Below are positions 18,076 to 28,117 of a DNA stretch of 64,000 nucleotides, piece after piece. Position 1 is the stretch's first letter. Every line of letters begins with the position of its first letter. Under the pieces are notes generated by a model. The model was not told the origin of the DNA. It saw only the letters and a list, made by a program, of their open reading frames with translations, and did not search any database. The position numbers were made by a program, and so were the translations under genes. The stretch is from the NCBI GenBank assembly GCA_964567845.1, contig CAZMOG010000001.1:34540-98539 (forward strand), in the 5' to 3' direction. This DNA comes from an uncultured Odoribacter sp. Its GTDB lineage: Bacteria; Bacteroidota; Bacteroidia; Bacteroidales; Marinifilaceae.

Positions 18076-19050
18076 ATGCTTACACTTAAAGAGATACGCA
18101 ATATTGTCCAAGAAGAATTGGATCGAGCAGAGTATGTTGAATATCCAGAACAGCTATTTGAGCCGGTACGCTATTTGATAGGAGATGGAGGTAAGCGCCT
18201 GCGTCCTGTTTTGGCGTTAATGGCATACAATCTGTTCCACGACGATATAACTCCGGCCATAAAAAGTGCTGCCGGCATTGAAATTTTCCACAACTACACT
18301 CTGCTACACGATGACGTGATGGACGATGCGCCTATGCGTCGCGGAGTTCCTACCGTTCACAAAAAGTGGAACAATAATGTAGCAATCCTTAGTGGTGATG
18401 CGGCTGCTATTGTTGCGTATAAATTAATTGAGCACTGCGAAGATAAATATCTGAGAAAGGTTATCAATCTCTTTAACCAAATGGCAATGGATATCTGTAA
18501 GGGCCAACAGTTGGACATGGAGTTTGAGACTCGTAATGATGTAACTGTTGATGAATATATCCGTATGATATATTGGAAAACATCGGTCCTTCTTGCCGGA
18601 AGTCTTCGACACGGTGCATTGATTGCTGGAGCATCCGAAAACATTTATAACGCTTTGTATGATTTTGGAGGTTGCTTAGGATTGGCTTTCCAACTGCAAG
18701 ATGATTATCTGGATGTTTATGGTAATGAGAAGAGTTTTGGAAAACAGATTGGAGGTGATATTATCATAAACAAAAAGACCTTTATGCTAATCAAAGCGCT
18801 TGAAAATGCCAATGATGAGCAAAGAGCCGAACTACAGAACTGGATTACTACAGAACAGTTTGACCGAAATGAAAAGATTCAAGCCGTTACAGAGTTATAC
18901 AATGCAATCGGTGTTCGCGAAATGGCTTTGACCGAGATTGCCAACTATTTGGTTCAATGCAAAGAGATTCTTAGAAATATTCCTATTGCCGAGGAGAAGA
19001 AGAGCGGTTTCTATGAAATGATAAATGCTCTTGAAGGAAGAAACAACTAA
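18076..19050 (+). CDS. Polyprenyl diphosphate synthase (trans-isoprenyl diphosphate synthase family)
   Basis: Has both Asp-rich motifs, LLHDDVMDD and QLQDDYLD, plus GKRLRP near the N-terminus. Confidence 0.88.
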   Translation: MLTLKEIRNIVQEELDRAEYVEYPEQLFEPVRYLIGDGGKRLRPVLALMAYNLFHDDITPAIKSAAGIEIFHNYTLLHDDVMDDAPMRRGVPTVHKKWNNNVAILSGDAAAIVAYKLIEHCEDKYLRKVINLFNQMAMDICKGQQLDMEFETRNDVTVDEYIRMIYWKTSVLLAGSLRHGALIAGASENIYNALYDFGGCLGLAFQLQDDYLDVYGNEKSFGKQIGGDIIINKKTFMLIKALENANDEQRAELQNWITTEQFDRNEKIQAVTELYNAIGVREMALTEIANYLVQCKEILRNIPIAEEKKSGFYEMINALEGRNN

Positions 19051-19063
19051 GAAAATTAATAGT

Positions 19064-19492
19064 ATGGCTGAAGATAAGCAACTTTTGTTGGACAAGCGCT
19101 ATTTAAGAATGGCAAAAATTTGGGGCGAAAATTCCTATTGTATGCGTCGTCAGGTTGGAGCACTGCTTGTTAAAGACAATTCGATTATCTCTGACGGATA
19201 CAATGGAACTCCATCGGGATTTGAGAATATCTGCGAGGATAACGAGGGCAAAACAAAAGCGTATGTTCTTCACGCAGAAGCAAATGCCATAACAAAGATT
19301 GCAAAATCAAATAATAATAGTAACGGAGCAACTATATATATCACAACCTCTCCCTGTATAGAGTGTGCAAAACTCATTATACAGGCAGGTATCAAACGGG
19401 TGGTATTTAGCGAAATGTATCGATGCGCAGACGGAATTGATCTGCTGAGGAGAGCAGGAATCTCAGTTGAACATATTGAGAATATTGAATAG
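19064..19492 (+). CDS. dCMP deaminase family (ComEB-like) zinc deaminase
   Basis: Has the HAEANAI and PCIECAKLI zinc-binding motifs. The ATG at 19064 was chosen over the overlapping extension at 19025. Confidence 0.85.
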   Translation: MAEDKQLLLDKRYLRMAKIWGENSYCMRRQVGALLVKDNSIISDGYNGTPSGFENICEDNEGKTKAYVLHAEANAITKIAKSNNNSNGATIYITTSPCIECAKLIIQAGIKRVVFSEMYRCADGIDLLRRAGISVEHIENIE

Positions 19493-19499
19493 AAAAACA

Positions 19500-21119
19500 A
19501 TGAGCTACAAGAATAGTAAATTTACAATCATAATGCCACTTATAATCGTGGCATCGTTTTTGGTGGGAATGTATGCAAACAACCACTTCTATCTTAAACG
19601 AAATCTGATAGGTTCAAATATTCAACAAAACATTGCAACCAATAAGATTGGTGCAGTTATGAATATGATCAGCACATCGTATGTCGATTCGGTGAATGTC
19701 GACTCTTTGGAGGAGAAAGCTATTGATTATCTGATAAAAGAGCTAGATCCACACACAGATTATCTTACAGCAAAGGAGATGGAGAAGGCCAACGAAGAGT
19801 TGGTTGGAAATTTCGGAGGCGTAGGAGTACAATTTTATTCGTTCGAAGATACGATTGTTGTTGTAAACGTCATTAAGAATGGCCCATCGGAAAAGGCAGG
19901 CATTCTTGCCGGTGACAGAATTATCAAGGTTGGAGATTCACTCATTGCCGGAGCGGACCACAAGTGCAGCAATGACAAGATTATGAAATTAATGCGTGGA
20001 GAGATAGATACTCCTGTAGATTTAACTATTTTCAGACGCTCAATAAACGACACCCTTGTTGCACATGTGACACGAGGCTCCATTCCTGTAAGCAGTGTGG
20101 CAGTTTCATATATGATCAATGACACTCTTGGATTTATTAAGGTTGATTACTTTGGTATGCAAACCTATAACGAATTTGTTACCGGAGTTGAGGGATTGAA
20201 GAGTATGGGAATGAAACACCTGATTGTAGATATGCGAGGAAACAGCGGAGGTGTTATGTCAATAGCTCTTAGAATGGTTAACGAATTCCTTCCTGCCGAT
20301 AGACTTATTCTTTACACTCAGGGAAATCACGTTCCCCGTTCTGATTACAGATCAAATGGCAAGGGAATATATCAAGAATTACCAGTAACAGTCCTTATTG
20401 ATGAGGGAAGTGCTTCGGCAGCAGAGATATTTGCAGGAGCTCTGCAGGATAATGACCGTGCTAAAATTATCGGCCGCCGCTCATTTGGAAAGGGATTGGT
20501 ACAAGAGCAAAGGGTCATGTCTGATGGTTCTGCTTTGCGATTAACCATTGCACGTTACTATATCCCATCGGGCCGCAGTATTCAAAAGCCATATAAACTG
20601 GGCGAGGATGGCAAAATGGACTACTACATGGAAGTTATGAACCGTTTGGAGCATGGAGAATTCTATCAGGCTGACAGCGTAAAGTTCGATGAATCACAAA
20701 AGTTTGAAACAATCGGAGGCAGAACTGTTTATGGCGGAGGAGGAATTATGCCCGACATTTTCGTTCCTGCCGACACTACCAACTACACAAACTATCTTTA
20801 TGAATTAGTTTCCAAGCAATTGATATATAGCTATACCTTCATCTTCATGGATCAACATCGTTCATACATGAAAGAGAATATCAAAGATTGGAAGGAGTTA
20901 CAAAAGTATTTAAAACAGTTCGATTTGGTATCGAATGTTGTTACCTACGCCTCTAAGAATGGTGTTAAGGTTAACAAAAAAGAGCTTCGTGAATCACGCA
21001 ATATTATTCGCATAATGACTGAAGCCCATATTGCCCGACACATGTTTGATAATGTCGGATTCTACCCCATTTACGACGAGATTGACTCCACGCTACAACA
21101 AGCTATAAAGCTATTGTAA
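19500..21119 (+). CDS. S41 family C-terminal processing peptidase (paralog 1)
   Basis: Has a PDZ-like segment (GPSEKAGILAGDRIIKVGD), DMRGNSGG, and the catalytic region SASAAEIFAGALQD...GKGLVQ. Start taken at the ATG at 19500 (MSYKNSKFT). Confidence 0.88.
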   Translation: MSYKNSKFTIIMPLIIVASFLVGMYANNHFYLKRNLIGSNIQQNIATNKIGAVMNMISTSYVDSVNVDSLEEKAIDYLIKELDPHTDYLTAKEMEKANEELVGNFGGVGVQFYSFEDTIVVVNVIKNGPSEKAGILAGDRIIKVGDSLIAGADHKCSNDKIMKLMRGEIDTPVDLTIFRRSINDTLVAHVTRGSIPVSSVAVSYMINDTLGFIKVDYFGMQTYNEFVTGVEGLKSMGMKHLIVDMRGNSGGVMSIALRMVNEFLPADRLILYTQGNHVPRSDYRSNGKGIYQELPVTVLIDEGSASAAEIFAGALQDNDRAKIIGRRSFGKGLVQEQRVMSDGSALRLTIARYYIPSGRSIQKPYKLGEDGKMDYYMEVMNRLEHGEFYQADSVKFDESQKFETIGGRTVYGGGGIMPDIFVPADTTNYTNYLYELVSKQLIYSYTFIFMDQHRSYMKENIKDWKELQKYLKQFDLVSNVVTYASKNGVKVNKKELRESRNIIRIMTEAHIARHMFDNVGFYPIYDEIDSTLQQAIKLL

Positions 21120-21977
21120 AGAGTGTAAACTTCTTATAGCATCATCGAGAAGTTTTGATGTCCCGATTCTGAACAATTCGGGAGTGATCCACTCCTCGCC
21201 CAAGATGTGCGATACTATTGTACGGTATTTTATGGCAGTAACGGTTGTGGAAACTCCTCCGGCAACCTTTATTCCTACTTTTTTACCAAATATGTCGTAA
21301 TAACTCTTGATTGCCAATGCCATAGCATAGACAGCCTCGGGTGTTGCATTTACAGGAACCTTTCCCGTCGAAGTCTTGATAAAATCGGCACCTGCATGAA
21401 TAGCAATGAGCGAGGCTTTATATATCAATTCAGGGGCATTTAATTCTCCTGTTTCAAGAATTACCTTTAACATAACATCCTTACAAACTTCACGCAATTC
21501 AACAAGCTCCTCATATACCTCCTCAAACTGCATTGCCACCATTTTACCTACCGGTATCACAATATCTACCTCTTGTGCTCCTGCAGCAATTGCCATTCTG
21601 CACTCGCTCTTCTTTAATTCTATAAATGTCTGCGATGCAGGGAATCCCGCAGCTACAACAGCAGTTGCAATACCTCTTCCATCCAATCCAGATCTAACAA
21701 CCGATGCATAATTGGGAAATACGCATATCGCTGCCGGTTTCACATCAAGTCTCGCAGTTTTGGTATATAGTGAATCAACAAAAGCCTTAACCGACTCCGG
21801 TGTATCTTTGGCAGTAAGGGTTGTATAATCCATACACGCTATACAGTCCTTGATATTATCAGCATTATATTGAAGTTTCAACTCCTTCTCTATAACACCT
21901 TCAATATCGTAACGTGCCTGCTCCGCAATACCATCACACTTAAAACTCTCTATCAATTCTGAAATTGTCATATTCAT
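21111..21977 (-). CDS. deoC: Deoxyribose-phosphate aldolase
   Basis: Class I aldolase motifs: AAICVF, EVDIVIPVG, LKVILETGEL and the Schiff-base Lys in ADFIKTSTGK. The start was trimmed to 21977 because a -7 box lies inside the longer ORF. Confidence 0.85.
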   Translation of the reverse strand: MNMTISELIESFKCDGIAEQARYDIEGVIEKELKLQYNADNIKDCIACMDYTTLTAKDTPESVKAFVDSLYTKTARLDVKPAAICVFPNYASVVRSGLDGRGIATAVVAAGFPASQTFIELKKSECRMAIAAGAQEVDIVIPVGKMVAMQFEEVYEELVELREVCKDVMLKVILETGELNAPELIYKASLIAIHAGADFIKTSTGKVPVNATPEAVYAMALAIKSYYDIFGKKVGIKVAGGVSTTVTAIKYRTIVSHILGEEWITPELFRIGTSKLLDDAIRSLHSLQ

Positions 21978-21997
21978 TTTTCTTAAATTTCTATCTG

Positions 21998-22005
21998 CAA
22001 ATGTA
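21998..22005 (-). promoter_or_regulatory. -7 promoter box TACATTTG for deoC
   Basis: Reverse complement of caaatgta, 21 nt upstream of the ATG at 21977. Confidence 0.5.
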
Positions 22006-22034
22006 GTTAAAATTCTCCTCATTTTTTCTAATTT

Positions 22035-22042
22035 TACGTTTG
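22035..22042 (+). promoter_or_regulatory. -7 promoter box TACGTTTG for mutS
   Basis: Matches TAnnTTTG. The track's TTG start at 22040 is part of this box. The ATG at 22058 is 16 nt downstream. Confidence 0.5.
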
Positions 22043-22057
22043 AAAAGAGTTCAAGTT

Positions 22058-24682
22058 ATGGCAGTAAAAGATAGCAAAGAGACCCCATTAATGAAGCAAT
22101 ATTATGCAATGAAGGCAAAGTATCCCGATGCTTTAATGTTGTTTCGTATGGGAGATTTTTATGAGACATTTGGCGAGGATGCAATAAAAACAGCAAAAAT
22201 TCTTGGAATCACTCTAACTCATAGAAATAGCGGTAATCCCGGTTCAAGTGAATTGGCAGGATTCCCTCATCACGCAATTGATACCTATCTTCCAAAATTG
22301 GTAAGAGCCGGATTGCGTGTTGCGGTTTGTGAACAACTTGAAGATCCCAAAAAGACCAAAACCCTGGTAAAGCGCGGTGTTATTGAACTTGTAACTCCCG
22401 GAGCCTGCTACGGAGATTATGATACAGATACACGTACAAACTCTTTTCTTGCCGCTGTTTACTACAAGAAGAGCGAAACAAGTCTGGCCCTTCTTGATTT
22501 AGCTACAGGAGAATTCCTGACAACTCAAGGTTCTGAAAACGAAATCGTACAGCTAATGAACGGGTTCTCACCCAAAGAGGTCATCTACCCCCGAGGAAGC
22601 GAAGAGAAATTTGAATCTCTGTTTGGAACAAAATACTATAAATACCCCATCGAGGAGTGGTTTTTTGATTCCGATTCGGGCAGAGCACGCCTAATAAAGC
22701 AGTTCGGAGTACAGTCATTAAAGGGTTATGGTATTGAAAATATGGATATGAGTATATCTACGGCAGGAGCGATTCTTGCATACCTTGAGATGACGAAACA
22801 CGACACCATTGCCCATATTACAGGTATCTCAAAAATTGATCAGAGCGAACATCTGCTGATTGATAAATTCACATTAAGAAACTTAGAGATTATCCACCCG
22901 ACATTCGAAGGAGGAACCTCACTTGCATCGACTATTGACAAATGTGAAACCCCCATGGGCGCAAGAATGCTACGCCGCTGGCTAGCAATGCCGTTAAAAT
23001 CACCCGAAGCAATAAACAAAAGGCTTGATATTGTAACCACCCTCTTCAATAACGAAGATCTGATTGATTCTATTGGCGCAAATCTGAGAGAGGTGGGCGA
23101 TTTAGAGCGTTTGGTAGCCAAAATCGGAGTTGGCAGAGTATCTCCCCGAGAAATGAATCAGCTTAAAAGCTCGCTCGCAACAATTCCTTCAATTATTGAG
23201 CTGTGCGGTTGCGATGATAGTGCACTTACAGCAATCTTAGAGCAATTGAATCCGTGTTCAAACCTTGTATGTACAATTGAAACCACTCTTAACCCCGAAG
23301 CCCCTGCCCAACTGAGCAAGGGCAATGTTATTGCAACAGGTGTTTCCGAGGAGCTTGATGAACTTCGGCAATTATCGCTTCACGGGAAAGATATGCTTGT
23401 TCAAATGCAACAGCGCGAAATTGAAGCTACAGGAATTCCAACACTGAAGATAGGGTTCAACAATGTGTTCGGCTACTATATCGAAGTTTCAAAGAGTTAT
23501 CGTGACAAAACTCCCGATAATTGGATCCGCAAACAGACATTGGTAAACGGAGAGCGCTTTATTACCCCTGAACTTAAAGAGTACGAGGAGAAAATCATGG
23601 GGGCTGAAGAGAGAATCGCAGAGCTTGAAAGCGAAATATACTCTTCACTTTTAGCCGAAGCAGGTGCCTACATCAAACAGATTCAAGTTAATGCCCATAT
23701 TTTGGCAACTCTTGATGTATTATACTCATTTGCAAAGAGCTCCAAACAATATAATTACTCAAGGCCTATCGTTGATGATTCTGATATTCTCGATATAACA
23801 GAGGGACGTCACCCTGTTATTGAGCGTATTTTGCCTGCAGGCGAGGAGTATATTGCCAACGATTTGGTGCTAAATCAAACAGATCAGCAGATTATAATCA
23901 TTACCGGTCCGAATATGGCCGGAAAGTCGGCATTCTTGCGACAAATAGCCCTTATTGCAATTATGGCTCAATGTGGTTGCTATGTACCCGCCAATAGTGC
24001 GCACATTGGATATTTAGACAAGATATTTACACGCGTTGGAGCTTCGGATAATATTTCACAAGGGGAATCAACATTTATGGTAGAGATGAACGAGGCCGCA
24101 TATATTTTGAACAATATCTCCAATCGCTCCCTTGTACTTTTCGATGAGCTTGGACGTGGAACCAGTACCTACGACGGAATATCCATTGCCTGTGCAATTG
24201 TAGAATCGATACACGAAAACCCTAAACACAAGGCAAAAACACTCTTTGCAACACACTACCACGAATTGAACGAAATGGAGCGTTCATTCAAAAGAATCCG
24301 CAACTTCAATGTTTCTGTAAAAGAACTTGAAAACAGAGTAATATTCTTACGAAAGTTGATACCCGGAGGCTCTGAACACTCATTCGGTATTCAGGTTGGA
24401 AAGATGGCCGGATTACCAGTCTCTGTTACTCACAGAGCAACAGAAATATTAAAACAATTAGAGAGTAATACCGCTCACAGCAATATTACCGATGGCGAAC
24501 CAAAGGAGAAGAATATGCAGGGTATTGCAGAAAATCGAGAAGGTCTTCAACTAAGTTTCTTTCAACTTGACGATCCAACACTTCGTCAAATTCGTGACGA
24601 GATTATAAATCTTGACATCAATAACCTTACTCCGGTTGAGGCTCTGAACAAGCTAAACGAAATCAAGAAGATATTAGGATAA
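22058..24682 (+). CDS. mutS: DNA mismatch repair protein MutS
   Basis: Has TPLMKQYYAMKAKYPDALMLFRMGDFYE (mismatch-binding domain), Walker A GPNMAGKS, and STFMVEM...DELGRGTSTYDG. Confidence 0.95.
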   Translation: MAVKDSKETPLMKQYYAMKAKYPDALMLFRMGDFYETFGEDAIKTAKILGITLTHRNSGNPGSSELAGFPHHAIDTYLPKLVRAGLRVAVCEQLEDPKKTKTLVKRGVIELVTPGACYGDYDTDTRTNSFLAAVYYKKSETSLALLDLATGEFLTTQGSENEIVQLMNGFSPKEVIYPRGSEEKFESLFGTKYYKYPIEEWFFDSDSGRARLIKQFGVQSLKGYGIENMDMSISTAGAILAYLEMTKHDTIAHITGISKIDQSEHLLIDKFTLRNLEIIHPTFEGGTSLASTIDKCETPMGARMLRRWLAMPLKSPEAINKRLDIVTTLFNNEDLIDSIGANLREVGDLERLVAKIGVGRVSPREMNQLKSSLATIPSIIELCGCDDSALTAILEQLNPCSNLVCTIETTLNPEAPAQLSKGNVIATGVSEELDELRQLSLHGKDMLVQMQQREIEATGIPTLKIGFNNVFGYYIEVSKSYRDKTPDNWIRKQTLVNGERFITPELKEYEEKIMGAEERIAELESEIYSSLLAEAGAYIKQIQVNAHILATLDVLYSFAKSSKQYNYSRPIVDDSDILDITEGRHPVIERILPAGEEYIANDLVLNQTDQQIIIITGPNMAGKSAFLRQIALIAIMAQCGCYVPANSAHIGYLDKIFTRVGASDNISQGESTFMVEMNEAAYILNNISNRSLVLFDELGRGTSTYDGISIACAIVESIHENPKHKAKTLFATHYHELNEMERSFKRIRNFNVSVKELENRVIFLRKLIPGGSEHSFGIQVGKMAGLPVSVTHRATEILKQLESNTAHSNITDGEPKEKNMQGIAENREGLQLSFFQLDDPTLRQIRDEIINLDINNLTPVEALNKLNEIKKILG

Positions 24683-24686
24683 CAAA

Positions 24687-24719
24687 AGGGGTGGCTCTAT
24701 TACACACAAAGCCACCCCT
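24687..24719. terminator. Bidirectional intrinsic terminator between mutS and the PPIase gene
   Basis: AGGGGTGGCT (13-nt loop) AGCCACCCCT forms a perfect 10-bp GC-rich stem, flanked by A-run and T-rich sequence. Confidence 0.7.
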
Positions 24720-24736
24720 AATTTATAAATCATGGT

Positions 24737-25414
24737 TTATTTCTCGCGAACCATACGGATAATCGCCACATTGTTTATTGGACGATCAAGAGAATCGGTC
24801 TCGACAGCCGCAATTGCATCAACCACCTCTTGTCCCTCGATAACCTCGCCAAATACGGTATATTCGCCATCAAGATGTGGAGAACCTCCGATTGTAGTAT
24901 AGATTTCACGCTGCTCATCGGTCAGAGTCAATGGACAATCCGAACGCCATGTTGAGTTAATCTTTGTTACCAAAGAGTCCAACTCTCCGGGACGGAATAC
25001 CTTTCCCTCAAACAAGCAGAATTGTGAACCACTTGACTCTCGGTTTGGATTAACATCATTTCCTTGACGTGCCGCATTTACCGCACCCTTTTTGTGATAT
25101 TTTCCAGAGATAATCTCAGCAGGAAGAGTGTAACCTACATCATTACTTCCTAATGGCTGACCAGGCTCTGCCGTTTTCGAATCAGGATCTCCAAATTGAT
25201 CCATGAAATTATCTATTACCCGGTGAAATAGAACCCCTTCGTAAAAGTTTGAATCAACCAACTTCAAGAAGTTATCGCGGTGAATCGGGGTTTCGTTGTA
25301 AAGCTTAATCTTTACATTTCCCATTGTAGTCTCGATTCTAACCACCGGCTCTGATGGAGTGCATGCTACAAACATTGTTGCAAGCAATACACATACGCTT
25401 AGTACTCTTTTCAT
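24737..25414 (-). CDS. Cyclophilin-type peptidyl-prolyl cis-trans isomerase lipoprotein
   Basis: Has FHRVIDNFMDQFGDP, GSQFCL and HLDGEYTVFGEV. The lipoprotein signal MKRVLSVCVLLATMFVAC begins at the ATG at 25414. Confidence 0.88.
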   Translation of the reverse strand: MKRVLSVCVLLATMFVACTPSEPVVRIETTMGNVKIKLYNETPIHRDNFLKLVDSNFYEGVLFHRVIDNFMDQFGDPDSKTAEPGQPLGSNDVGYTLPAEIISGKYHKKGAVNAARQGNDVNPNRESSGSQFCLFEGKVFRPGELDSLVTKINSTWRSDCPLTLTDEQREIYTTIGGSPHLDGEYTVFGEVIEGQEVVDAIAAVETDSLDRPINNVAIIRMVREK

Positions 25415-25437
25415 TTTATACTTGTTAGTTGTTACTG

Positions 25438-26058
25438 TTATTTCAACACCTTTTTCAATACCCAACTATCTTTGTATTTGGTATTATTCTGCGCCAACGA
25501 ATCACGCGCTTCGGTAGCAATTGCCATAGTTGAATGGCTACTATATGCAACACGCACCCTGCTTTCGGTAATAATCAACTTAGCATTGGGCGACTCTTTT
25601 TTCAACCGCTCCACATATTTTTCTGCCTCGGCAAGACTCTTGTTTGGAAAACTTGCAACAATCACATGGTAATTTCCAGACTCCTCCACAATAGGCTGTT
25701 TCTTAGGCTGAATTTGAGGTTTAGCCTCTGGATTAACATTGGATTGAACTTTAGTTTGAGCTTTAGGCTTTTCATTTGGCTGAGTAACAACGGTCTCCAC
25801 ATGTTTTACCGGTACCGGCTTAATAGAGTCCTCGCCCGTTAAATCAAGAATCTCTATCTTCTCCTTGGGAGCAGCAGCAACAATACTATCAACTCTCTCT
25901 AACTCCAATCCCAAACGCGACATAATTGTATCCTTTGTTTGAATTGTTTTTCTTGGAACAATTACTCGAGTCAGCTCCTTTTGTTGCATGGATGAGTGTA
26001 CACAACCAAACAGGGTTACCATTACACACAGCACCATTAGATTTATCTTTTTCATCAT
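25438..26058 (-). CDS. SPOR domain-containing protein
   Basis: Has a signal/lipobox (MMKKINLMVLCVMVTLFGC), a low-complexity Lys/Pro/Gln linker and a C-terminal SPOR-like fold (YHVIVASFPNKSLAEAEKYVERLKK). ATGA overlaps the upstream gene at 26055..26058. Confidence 0.75.
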   Translation of the reverse strand: MMKKINLMVLCVMVTLFGCVHSSMQQKELTRVIVPRKTIQTKDTIMSRLGLELERVDSIVAAAPKEKIEILDLTGEDSIKPVPVKHVETVVTQPNEKPKAQTKVQSNVNPEAKPQIQPKKQPIVEESGNYHVIVASFPNKSLAEAEKYVERLKKESPNAKLIITESRVRVAYSSHSTMAIATEARDSLAQNNTKYKDSWVLKKVLK

Positions 26059-26651
26059 AACGATAGTAGTATCATTGTTAATATAACTCCTTGAGCAAAT
26101 CCGGCCAACACCTGCCAACAGTTATGTTTTCTCAATATCAATCTTGAAGAACATACAACTCCCGCACAAATCAACGAAATGATAAAAGGCAACTTAAATA
26201 CCGGACCCAACATTAGAAATAAACAGCATGCTTCTCCCCAGGCCATTGCGTGCATACTTATCTTCCAATAAAGCGATATGGCTGCAAACAATAGCACCTG
26301 CATCGAGGTAACAAAAAGCAGCTGCGAGAATAACTCGGTTGCCTGAAACTTCATGAGAAAGAATGCACCTAAAGAGAGAAATATCCCCAATGCCAATAGT
26401 GGCCAGGCTCTATCTTCACGATTATCAAGATTTCTCTCTTTCAGTACTCCAAAGCGTTTCAATATCATAATTACCAATATGGGCAGGATTATTGAGCAAA
26501 AAACCACTATTACCCACACCATTACCTGAGATTTTATTGGTATCAATTTTCCCAAAGGGCTCACTACCAATAATTCCAACAGGATATATATCGGCATCAT
26601 GAAAGGGTGCAACACCCTGCTTAACCATTTGGCAATATGTTTTAATATCAT
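26055..26651 (-). CDS. Divergent PAP2-superfamily membrane protein
   Basis: Six predicted TM segments. It has degenerate PAP2 motifs: REDRAWP, SMHAM and SRLILRKHNCWQVLAG (SRxxxxxHxxxQ instead of D). A 4-nt overlap with the rpoN stop suggests operon membership. Confidence 0.5.
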   Translation of the reverse strand: MILKHIAKWLSRVLHPFMMPIYILLELLVVSPLGKLIPIKSQVMVWVIVVFCSIILPILVIMILKRFGVLKERNLDNREDRAWPLLALGIFLSLGAFFLMKFQATELFSQLLFVTSMQVLLFAAISLYWKISMHAMAWGEACCLFLMLGPVFKLPFIISLICAGVVCSSRLILRKHNCWQVLAGFAQGVILTMILLSL

Positions 26652-28096
26652 ATTTTTCTTCTTAATCGAGCCACAGGAATATCCATGGCATCTCTGTATT
26701 TTGCAATTGTTCTGCGCGCAACTTTATATCCCTTTTCCTGCATCAGACTCAGTAGGGTTTCATCACTATAGGGGGCACTCTTATCCTCAGAATCAATAAT
26801 TGTTCTAAGTACTTTCTTAACCTCCTCGACACTCACCTCTTCTCCGTTAGCATTTTCGATTCCTCGCGAGAAAAAGGCATTTAATGGGAATATTCCAAAC
26901 CAGGTTTCAACATGTTTCGCATTTGCAACTCGCGATATTGTAGATATATCCAAACCCGTTATGTCTGCAATATCTTTAAGTATTATCGGCTTTAAACAAC
27001 TCTCATCACCATTCGAGAGAAAGAACTCTTTTTGAAGAGCCAATATTGCCTGCATTACCGCCATAAGAGTTGCATTTCTTTGGCGTACTATATCAATAAA
27101 ACTCTTTGCATCACCCAGATTCTTTCTTACAAACGCCAAAGCCTCGCGATTACGGGCTGTATTGCCACTACGCATATACTCCTCAAGCATATCCGTGTAG
27201 TGTTTACTTAAACGCAAGTCCGGCATTTCTCCACTGTTTAACCACAGAGCCAAATGTCCATCTTGATTCTCTACAATAAAATCGGGAGTGATCTTTTGTG
27301 CCTCATCGCCCGATTCCGATGCCCCACCAGGCTTAGGATTCAATTTTTGAATCTCCTCTACCGCCTCTCTCAACTCCTCCTCGGAACATTGTAGTTTGCG
27401 TATTATCTTTTGAAAATTCCTCTTCGAAAATTCATCAAATTGCTCCGACAATAACTCTTCGGCCAATTTCATTGTATCGGTTTGAGGTTCCTTTCTGCGC
27501 AATTGAATCAATAGACACTCCTGCAAATCGGTAGCTCCAACACCTGCCGGCTCAAACTCCTGAATCTCCTTAACAATGCGCTCAATGGTCTCTACGTCGG
27601 CATAAACGTTAAAGCGAAATGCCAAATCATCTGAGAGCTGCATAAAATCACGCCGCAAATAGCCATCACTATCCAAATTGCCAATTATAAACTCGGCAAT
27701 CTTACGCTCCTCCTCGTTTAGCGATGTTACTGCAAGCTGCTCTATCAACGTTTCCCGGAACGAGGTCTCTTGCTGGAATATCGGCTCACGATTATCACCG
27801 GAATCATAATGTCCGCTTCGGATATAGATTGGGTAATCAGGGTCATCGTCGGTTGGTGTGCTATCAATATCTAAAGAGCGGTCATCATCAAGAACAGGCT
27901 GTTCCTGCTCTTGATAATCAACCGCTCCGGCTTCGTCATCCGCACTAATCTCAAGGGCAGGATTTGCCTCCAACTCCTCTTTGATGCGCTGCTCAAGCTG
28001 TATGTTGGGCAACTCAATCAACTTAACCAATTGCATTTGAGCAGGACTTATTTTAAGTCCCAACTTCTGCAAAAGTTGTTGATCCATGCCTGACAT
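26648..28096 (-). CDS. rpoN: RNA polymerase sigma-54 factor
   Basis: Has an N-terminal Gln/Leu-rich region I, an acidic linker, and a C-terminal HTH plus an RpoN box-like segment (ARRTIAKYRDAMDIPVA). Confidence 0.92.
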   Translation of the reverse strand: MSGMDQQLLQKLGLKISPAQMQLVKLIELPNIQLEQRIKEELEANPALEISADDEAGAVDYQEQEQPVLDDDRSLDIDSTPTDDDPDYPIYIRSGHYDSGDNREPIFQQETSFRETLIEQLAVTSLNEEERKIAEFIIGNLDSDGYLRRDFMQLSDDLAFRFNVYADVETIERIVKEIQEFEPAGVGATDLQECLLIQLRRKEPQTDTMKLAEELLSEQFDEFSKRNFQKIIRKLQCSEEELREAVEEIQKLNPKPGGASESGDEAQKITPDFIVENQDGHLALWLNSGEMPDLRLSKHYTDMLEEYMRSGNTARNREALAFVRKNLGDAKSFIDIVRQRNATLMAVMQAILALQKEFFLSNGDESCLKPIILKDIADITGLDISTISRVANAKHVETWFGIFPLNAFFSRGIENANGEEVSVEEVKKVLRTIIDSEDKSAPYSDETLLSLMQEKGYKVARRTIAKYRDAMDIPVARLRRKI

Positions 28097-28117
28097 ATGC
28101 CTACAATATATTTATGT